This document shows, one piece after another, positions 56,890-64,000 of a DNA stretch of 64,000 bases (position 1 is its first letter; each line of letters starts with the position of its first letter). The DNA lies in assembly GCA_020184695.1 (NCBI GenBank), contig JAANOX010000034.1, positions 310,001 through 374,000 of the forward strand. Direction: 5' to 3'. Under the pieces are notes generated by a model, which was not told the origin of the DNA, searched no databases, and saw nothing but the letters and a program-made list of their open reading frames with translations. A program made the position numbers and the translations under genes. This stretch comes from Histomonas meleagridis 2922-C6/04-290x (lineage: Eukaryota > Protista > Parabasalia).

Positions 56890-57264
56890 ATGTCTGAACT
56901 GAAGACATTTTGGTCATATACAATAGCTGATGGATCAAATTTAATGCTTGAGCAGCCACAAGATTGTAATGTTGTTATCACCCAAGTTTCTTTACTAAAT
57001 CCACAAATTTCACAAAGAGTTATTCTATCTGCTTCAATTGAAGCTCTCAGACCAGATAAACCCCCTGTTAATGGAGAACTTGATGCTGATGATCGCGATT
57101 TTGTTATTACATCATTTTGCCCAAATGATTCACCAACAAAATTTCTCAACATTGCTTTTACACCCATGGAAATTTGTTATCTAAGTGCTACTGGTGGCGA
57201 CGTCATTGTGTCAGGATATATAATGAAGAGCACAGTTAAATTTACACGTTTTTCTATTGAATAA
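56890..57264 (+). CDS. Nucleoplasmin-like (NPL) domain protein
   Basis: TFWSYTI...VVITQVSL...VITSF...LNIAF...GDVIVSGY follows the NPL (FKBP39/HD2-type) pattern. Confidence 0.6.
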   Translation: MSELKTFWSYTIADGSNLMLEQPQDCNVVITQVSLLNPQISQRVILSASIEALRPDKPPVNGELDADDRDFVITSFCPNDSPTKFLNIAFTPMEICYLSATGGDVIVSGYIMKSTVKFTRFSIE

Positions 57265-57583
57265 ATTTTCTTAATTTTTTTTCTGAAAGAATGTAAATAT
57301 CTTCATCAACATTAATGTTCCCAGTTTAGTAATTTAAGTTCAACAAATTTATTAAATAATTTGAAAAATACAATGATGATGAAAAAAGTTTGCGCTGTAA
57401 TTGTTACCACTGCCTCAAACTAGGAAACATTTTACTGTGAAATATTTTCCCACTAAAAAAAATGAATAATTGATTCAATTATAATAATATAATTTCATTT
57501 TTTCAAAAAAAGCGGAGTACGAATGAGCCCCACGCGTAAAAAAAGTTAACAGCAAAATACAATTCGTTAGCCACTAAAACTTT

Positions 57584-58240
57584 TTACTTTAAATTTGAGA
57601 GAGTTGGCCATTCCTTGTCATCATTTAATGTGCTCTTTGATTTCTGGGAATTTGTTTGCTTCGTATTACCCCATGCTGCGTTTGCCGCTGGTGCATTTGA
57701 TTCTTTTGCAAGAAGATCAGCAAATGCTGTCTTTGGTTTATTGGCTGGTTTTCCCCAAGTAAAGTTATTTGATGTATTTGCTGGTTTTGTGTGTTGTTGT
57801 GGCTTCTTGGATGCATCATTAGTCCATGCTGCAGTTAATGATGAGAATTCAACTTGTTGAGGTTGTTGAGTTGGAGCTGGTTGTGATGGAGTATCACTCT
57901 TTACGGTGCACCAGGTGGCAATTTGTTTATCTGCAAATGCAGGTGCGACTTCAACAGGTGCAAAAACGGGTTTGGCTTTCACATTCTTTGCGTTTCTTTG
58001 TGGTTTCCTTTGCTGTTGGCCTTTGAATTCAAACCTGTGACCACGGGGCTGAGTGTTTTCTGTCTTGTGTGGCTGGAATGGTGCAAGATCAGCAACACCT
58101 TCTGGTTTATTTGGACCAATTGGTTGAAGGCATTCTTCTGAACCAAAAATACCAAAGTCAGCAATGTTTTCTGGTGCTTCAGTTACCTTGAACAATGAGT
58201 AAAATTCTTCGAGTGAAATTACAACCTTTTCTTCGGCCAT
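57584..58240 (-). CDS. Low-complexity hypothetical protein (Q/P/K/N-rich; repeated AWT/TWG/AWG and EWPTL motifs)
   Basis: Strong codon bias and higher GC; likely start MAEEKVV at 58240. Confidence 0.7.
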   Translation of the reverse strand: MAEEKVVISLEEFYSLFKVTEAPENIADFGIFGSEECLQPIGPNKPEGVADLAPFQPHKTENTQPRGHRFEFKGQQQRKPQRNAKNVKAKPVFAPVEVAPAFADKQIATWCTVKSDTPSQPAPTQQPQQVEFSSLTAAWTNDASKKPQQHTKPANTSNNFTWGKPANKPKTAFADLLAKESNAPAANAAWGNTKQTNSQKSKSTLNDDKEWPTLSNLK

Positions 58241-58597
58241 TAAACTCAGAGGCCGAAAATTGTGTATCTCTGTTTGTTTTGGGCGGTTACATCCGTTTAA
58301 CACAAAGCAAAAAAATGAAAAATAAAAGAAGGGAACTAAACTTAACTCATTAGCCATGATTTCATGTGGACACAGTGGGGTGTTTTTCTATTTATTATAT
58401 AAAAAGGAAAAAATGAATATTAATAAATTATTGTTTTCAAAGTCTAATTTTTATAAGTTCAAATAGGCGCCATTACAATATTGTAAAATTGTTATCCATT
58501 TGATGTAGAAGTGGTTTATTAATCATCTATCTAAAGAAATTTCGTTCGGCCTTTTCCCATTTAAAAAGTGGGGATTTTGGAACGATCCGTAAAATTT

Positions 58598-60186
58598 ATG
58601 CAGGTCGACCAGTCAAAACAAGGTTCAGCAGAGATTGGACCATACATTCTTTCTAGAACTCTTGGCGAAGGAATAACATCGAAGGTCAAACTTGCTCGCC
58701 ATAAAGAAACAGGACAACAAGTTGCAATTAAAATTATATCAAAAAATCTTTTCCTTGAAAACGAAGATTTCAGACTTAAAGTAAAGAGAGAAGTAGCGTT
58801 AATGAGGCTTGTACAACATCCTAACATCATGAAATTATATGATGTTTTGGAATCAAATAGACACCTTTACATTATTCTCGAATACGAAGAACAGGGAGAA
58901 CTTTTCGATTATTTAGTTTCAAACCAGTACTTCCAAGAAGAAGTTGCCATGGAATTATTCAGACAGATTGTATTTGCTGTTGGTTATCTACACTCACTAG
59001 GAATTTGTCATCGCGACCTAAAGCCTGAAAATATTTTGCTTGATGCCAACAAACGAATCAAGCTTGCTGATTTTGGATTTGCAAGATGGGTTAAAGAAAA
59101 TACACAGACAGATACATCATGTGGATCTCCACATTACACTTCCCCTGAAGTCATTAGTGGTCAGCCATACGATGGTCGAATCTCTGATATTTGGAGTCTT
59201 GGTGTAATATTATTTGCGTTACTTGCCGTATGTTTTTTGGGCCTCCAGTTTCTTTTTGGAGGTCCGGTAAGAAAAATTCTAACACATAGGGATATTTACC
59301 TTTTGATGATTCATCTTTCAGAAATCTTCTTAGTAAGGTAAAAAGAGGGGTATTTTATATGCCAGCTTCTTTTTCACGAAGCGTTCGTGACTTAATTCAA
59401 CGAATGCTTACTGTTGATGTTTCAAGACGTATAACAATTGAAGAAATAATTGAACATCCGGCATTTAGAATTGGCCTTATGCCATCTTATATACCATCAT
59501 CTCCTATTCCATTCCCGAAGTTTTATAAAGTTATTGATGTGAATAATATTCCACCAGCAGTAATCGAAATACTAAGTCAAATTGGAATCACAAGTAATGA
59601 CTTGTACACAGATCTTAATTCCCCTGAGAACAACATGACTAAAGTCTTTTTTGTGATGCTTACCAACCCATTTGTCGACTTAGAACAACTTCCCTGGGAA
59701 TGTTCCCATTCGGGGCCCCCCAAGCCGGTTATCAGATCTTCACAGTTCGACGCGACCGTTAATTTATCTGGTGGAACATCTTCTTCATCTCATAACGCAC
59801 GTCATTTATTTAAAAGAGAAGGACATACTCCAGTGCATACACAATCACTTGAAATGTATTCATATGCACGTCAAAGTGACATTAACGTTATAAATGAAGA
59901 AACAAGTGTTACTGAATCCATCGAAAAAATATCATTTAATGTAATGTGTACAACTAATTGGAATATTTTTGGTGATATTCAAGAATTATTAGGTGAACAA
60001 TTATTGCAATGGTTTCATCCGGATCCATTAACGATGTATATTCGAATGGAAGATGCATCGTTTTATATGAGTATAAACGCTGAATATATTACAACATCCG
60101 AAATATCACTAACTCTTTTATTGCACAAAGGAGATATCGAACAATTTCACACATTGGCAGATCAAATAAAGGATAAATTCATATAA
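58598..60186 (+). CDS. CAMK-group Ser/Thr kinase (BRSK/SAD/Gin4-like), two exons 58598-59227 and 59290-60186
   Basis: LGEGITSKV, HRDLKPEN, DFG and CGSPHY; splicing restores LLA|GYLPFDDSSFRNLLSKVKRGVFYMP in frame with ORF 59359..60186. Confidence 0.92.
59228..59289 (+). other. 62-nt spliceosomal intron of parabasalid type
   Basis: 5' GTATGT, 3' TTCTAACACATAG (branch point fused to the 3' site); removal joins the two kinase ORFs in frame. Confidence 0.93.
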
Positions 60187-60220
60187 AATAAAAATAAAAT
60201 AAAATCATTTTCGTGTTTTT

Positions 60221-60772
60221 TCATAAAAGTTTACAGTAATGTTTTCGTTTTTGTTTTTGTTTGGGTTTTTCCTTAGAATCTAAAATTTCGATTATTTTGT
60301 TAAATAACTCTTCTATACCTTCATTCGTTTTTGCACTGACTTCATAAAAATTTGCATTAATTTCTATTCCCATCGAAATTCCTGCTTCTTCTGTTACTTC
60401 CCTTGAGTTAATATTATCTTTTTTATTTCCAACTAAGAACAGTTCAAAAGGTGTTTGAATAATTGTATTTAAATAATCTAAGTAATTTCGAACACACTTA
60501 AATGATTTTATATCATCAATAGCATAAACAATAATGATGGCAAATGTATTTTCAAAATATTTATCAAGAAATCTTCTGTGAGCATTTTTTCCTGGCGTGT
60601 CCCATATTTGAAATAATGTTGTTCCAGTTTTATTTATGTTTTTTATTTCGAGAGAAGTGAATTTAGGAAATTTAGTGGGTTCAATCTGACTACTAAAGTG
60701 CATGTGTGATGCACTCTGAATGAGACAGGTTTTTCCTACGTTTGAACAACCGACAATGACGATCTTTGTCAT
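60221..60772 (-). CDS. Divergent Rab-family small GTPase
   Basis: GCSNVGKT, WDTPGK, GNKKD, EVSAK and C-terminal CKLL. Confidence 0.85.
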   Translation of the reverse strand: MTKIVIVGCSNVGKTCLIQSASHMHFSSQIEPTKFPKFTSLEIKNINKTGTTLFQIWDTPGKNAHRRFLDKYFENTFAIIIVYAIDDIKSFKCVRNYLDYLNTIIQTPFELFLVGNKKDNINSREVTEEAGISMGIEINANFYEVSAKTNEGIEELFNKIIEILDSKEKPKQKQKRKHYCKLL

Positions 60773-60891
60773 GCTTAAAACCAAAAATCAAATTTGAAAA
60801 CATACAGTATTTTTATGTATAAAACAAAAGCTATAAAAATAATTATTTTATTTACACTAAAAAAAATTCAGGAAATGAAGAATATAATTTT

Positions 60892-61164
60892 TTATGAAAT
60901 TATAAGTGTTCTTACATCAACATCTTCAAATTGATTATTGGGAAGATATCTCCGAATAATTAGAGGACATTGGTTTTGGTTAAGTTCTAATTCTGCAATG
61001 ATAATTGGATCTGTAGCACCTTGGGGATCAATCTTTATTGGGGCTCCCATAGAAATCTGTAAAGCTCTTGTTCCAAGGATTCGAGCTCTCTCATATTTAG
61101 TTAGATATGGAGTTGTTTTAATTGGATGCAAAAGTTCTGGCTCTTGTTGTTCATCTTCACTCAT
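60892..61164 (-). CDS. RPB6: RNA polymerases I/II/III shared subunit RPB6
   Basis: [26 protein letters not shown]...PLIIRRYLP. Confidence 0.97.
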   Translation of the reverse strand: MSEDEQQEPELLHPIKTTPYLTKYERARILGTRALQISMGAPIKIDPQGATDPIIIAELELNQNQCPLIIRRYLPNNQFEDVDVRTLIIS

Positions 61165-61542
61165 TTTTTGGGCGAAAATTGTGTGGCCTTATTTTTGTCA
61201 TTTTATTTCAGAGGAAATAATAAAGTCAAAATATATTTTTCTTGTTTTAAAAGATTAATATTTTTAATAATTTTAAAAAACTAATACAATACTCAGCGAT
61301 ACACTCTTTTTTTTGATTAAACATTATACATAAATAAAACTAAGAAAATTAATTTAATGCAAAAAATTATTATAATTTTTTTTCCAAATTATGCTTGAGC
61401 TTTACTTAAGAAGACCAAACAAATATTTTTTAATTCCCAATAAGTTTATATATATAAGGCATTGTAAACAATTAGGATTTGTTATTTATTCATAAATCTA
61501 ATTTCTGGCGTAACTACAATTGAAATACACAACAGCTATTTC

Positions 61543-63039
61543 CTATTCAGAAGCTTCTGGCACATTTTTCGGAACATTTGAAATAATCATCTGATCAGAT
61601 TTCTTTTTGCATTCTTGTTCTACGTGGAATCTAAACATTTGCGTATCCAACAGTGCGTTACAGAACTCTCTTTCTGATGGATCGAATCTTCCCAAAAATA
61701 ATTCTTTCATGAAAACAGAGTTAACACGAACAGGGTCAGTAAAGTTTGTCATAATACATACTTGAATAGCTTTTTCCATTTTTGACACGTAGTCATTGCA
61801 AAATTTCAGTATTTCTGTTGGTGTGTTTTCTTTTCCCCAACAGTGGTTGATATTGTGAACAAAGTCTTTCAAAAACGGCGGTTTGAAGTAATTTGGGAGG
61901 TTAAACGATGTTTTGATGAAGTTCAAGTACACACTATCTGGTTCAGGAGAGCCCTTAAACAATGTACCTATGATTAGTGGATTAGGTGAGTTCATGAAGT
62001 CTTCAAAATCAGCAGGAAGACATGAAATTGAACCACTGACCCATCTCATAGGCCTAAGAAGAAAATGAAGCGCAAGAACAATCCAACAAATAACATCAAT
62101 TTCATTAGAATATACTATTATTGTCCTCTCAAGAAATAAGTTGAAGAATAATGAGATGAAATGTTTTGGATTAACAATCTTAGCTAAAAGATATTTCACA
62201 GAGTTTTCAGCAATGGACGTAAAACTACCAAGAACACCGTCTTTCTCATCAGGACGCTTCCAATGGAATTCAGGCACATTAACAACAGGATGTTGGATAT
62301 CAATACACTCTCCTTGGTTTGGGAAAACAAGTCCTTGTAGTTTCTTAAGGACATCCAAAGAATATTTCCTTTGCGTTTCAGCCCATTTACATTGTGAGAA
62401 ATCTGGTTTTGAATTATAATTAAATATTTCATAAATTTGTACTCTGGATAGAAGTTCAGTCCTCATGAACCATTCGAAAAATAGATCGAACATTTTGTAA
62501 TATGGTATTTTGGTTTTGAATGCAATACAAATTTTGGTCTTAAGAATTTTGTGGCTTTCAATTGTATTATAAAGTTCGCTAAAAGACTTATTATGCGCAA
62601 AGGTGGGGAATGTTAAGGGAGTTACATCAAAATGAAAACAAAAAAGATATGGAGCTTCATAATTTTCAGGTAAATATAATGGAACAAATTCTTTCGAAAT
62701 AATATCAGTATCATCAATTACATGCTTAGCAAGAAATTCATTGGATGAAAAGGAAATTTTTCTTGGGTGACATGATTGATTATAAGGAAAACATATTTTT
62801 GCAAGAGTAGCTTCTTCGTCAAAAGGCTGAGCTGGATATCGGAATAAAATTTTTGGTGTGTGGTCTTTTTCCCATGGATAACACCCGATTACATAAATTG
62901 CATTAAAAATTTTTGTAAAAACATCAGCATCAGGAAGTAATTCAACAGCATCATCAGAACGACTGAGTAATATTCCTGCTTTGATCCGCTCTTGGAACTT
63001 TCTTGTTAATGTGTCTTTTCGGGGTTTGTGCTTCATCAC
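61543..63039 (-). CDS. DENN domain protein (Rab GEF)
   Basis: uDENN (KILFRYP...CFP), cDENN (LERTIIVYS...LRPMRW...SCLP...SPNPLIIG) and dDENN (DTQMF). Confidence 0.82.
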   Translation of the reverse strand: MMKHKPRKDTLTRKFQERIKAGILLSRSDDAVELLPDADVFTKIFNAIYVIGCYPWEKDHTPKILFRYPAQPFDEEATLAKICFPYNQSCHPRKISFSSNEFLAKHVIDDTDIISKEFVPLYLPENYEAPYLFCFHFDVTPLTFPTFAHNKSFSELYNTIESHKILKTKICIAFKTKIPYYKMFDLFFEWFMRTELLSRVQIYEIFNYNSKPDFSQCKWAETQRKYSLDVLKKLQGLVFPNQGECIDIQHPVVNVPEFHWKRPDEKDGVLGSFTSIAENSVKYLLAKIVNPKHFISLFFNLFLERTIIVYSNEIDVICWIVLALHFLLRPMRWVSGSISCLPADFEDFMNSPNPLIIGTLFKGSPEPDSVYLNFIKTSFNLPNYFKPPFLKDFVHNINHCWGKENTPTEILKFCNDYVSKMEKAIQVCIMTNFTDPVRVNSVFMKELFLGRFDPSEREFCNALLDTQMFRFHVEQECKKKSDQMIISNVPKNVPEASE

Positions 63040-63454
63040 TGTTTACAAAACCGTAGAAATCCAACAAATTAAAATTGAACGGTTTATGTTATTACTTTTT
63101 CAAATGTTATTAACGTTCACGTTTAGGTTCAATTGGCTGGTACTAAAAGAGAAAATGAAAAACTCAATTTTATATTAAGAAGACATGATGTATTAATTTA
63201 GTCAAGTGCAATAAATACATTTATGGATCAAATCAAAAATATTGTACAATAGAGAATTTTTCAATAATTAACCATTATTATATTTTTTTTATAAAAACCC
63301 GAGTGGAACAATCACACCGCAATGTATTTTTTAAAAAGATTTTTTATTCAAGAAAAAACATAAAATCCAAATTGTTAAATCAATTTTTAATTACAACCAC
63401 TTAATTAAAAAATTATGGGAACCAGTACTGGTTACCTCAACAATAAATAATTGC

Positions 63455-64000
63455 TTAGTCAACAAATACAAGTTTATGTTTTGGCTTTTGGTCGAAGATC
63501 CATTTTCTCGGAGGATCATCAAAACACACATTATGCCGCATGCTCTTCCTGTAGAGTGCATCAGTATCAACTGTTAGATATGGTTGCTCTGCAATATGAG
63601 GTATGTTATTGATAAACGTAATTGTTTGAGGAGCTTTTAAGTCATTAACAACATCTGAAAAACTTAAGATTGGGTCATTTTCAGGAGGTTGACGTAGTGT
63701 CCAGAGTTTCAAGTCAATATTTGGATCAAAAGAATGTATAATTGCTCTCTTATCATTTACATCCCATTGAATACATTTTGCCCATGCCTTAAAAAGAAAT
63801 GATATTGTATTATTTTTAATGTTGAAGATTTGTGATAAGAAAGTGAGATTCAAAGCAATACATTGCCTATAAAAAATAATACCACAGTCATAAAGGAGTT
63901 GTGCTTTATTTGTCCCTTTTTCGACAACAATTTCAACAATGTGATAAATATAATTATATAATAGTTGTGCTGCTTTGTCTTTGTTTTCAAGAGAAACCTT
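63455..64000 (-). CDS. Hypothetical protein, 5'-truncated by the window edge
   Basis: The frame of ORF 63455..63853 stays open to position 64000 (KVSLENKDKAAQLLYNY...). Confidence 0.65.
   Translation of the reverse strand, partial: KVSLENKDKAAQLLYNYIYHIVEIVVEKGTNKAQLLYDCGIIFYRQCIALNLTFLSQIFNIKNNTISFLFKAWAKCIQWDVNDKRAIIHSFDPNIDLKLWTLRQPPENDPILSFSDVVNDLKAPQTITFINNIPHIAEQPYLTVDTDALYRKSMRHNVCFDDPPRKWIFDQKPKHKLVFVD

Noticed and set aside
40790-63039. Functional clustering of trafficking genes (TBC, ANKRD13, Rab, DENN)
   Set aside because: These families are very large in parabasalids and the genes are interspersed with unrelated ones; chance co-occurrence is sufficient.

Overview
AT-rich, gene-dense eukaryotic DNA, most likely from a parabasalid protist (Tritrichomonas/Trichomonas-like). 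The organism call is inferred from nearly intron-free genes, one GTATGT...CTAACACATAG intron, RRCSGTT (M3-type) promoter motifs upstream of many ATGs, BspA-type LRR surface proteins and a DUF3447-ankyrin gene. About 33 coding regions are present. Housekeeping and trafficking genes include RPB6, dynein-2 LIC, importin-beta, cyclin, Siw14, TTLL, ANKRD13, TBC, Rab, DENN, F-BAR/SH3 and a BRSK-like kinase. Two genes look bacterially derived (YeeE sulfur transporter, RibD_C reductase), and one is a PAS/pseudo-histidine-kinase/receiver protein. There are three DNA-transposon relics: pogo-like with TIRs and TA TSD, mariner, and P/THAP9-like with TIRs. The most striking structure is at 48.4-52.1 kb, where an ankyrin gene appears to continue past its apparent stop. 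Nine intact ankyrin-repeat modules and a terminal capping repeat with its own stop follow it. Each is separated at the same position by an AT-rich minisatellite spacer of 8+20n nt that breaks the frame and lacks usable GT-AG borders, so these spacers are candidate non-canonical introns. Other highlights are a single in-frame UGA in the YeeE gene and a 556-bp perfectly identical tract in two otherwise diverged BspA paralogues. All homology calls are from motif recognition by eye; no database searches were run.
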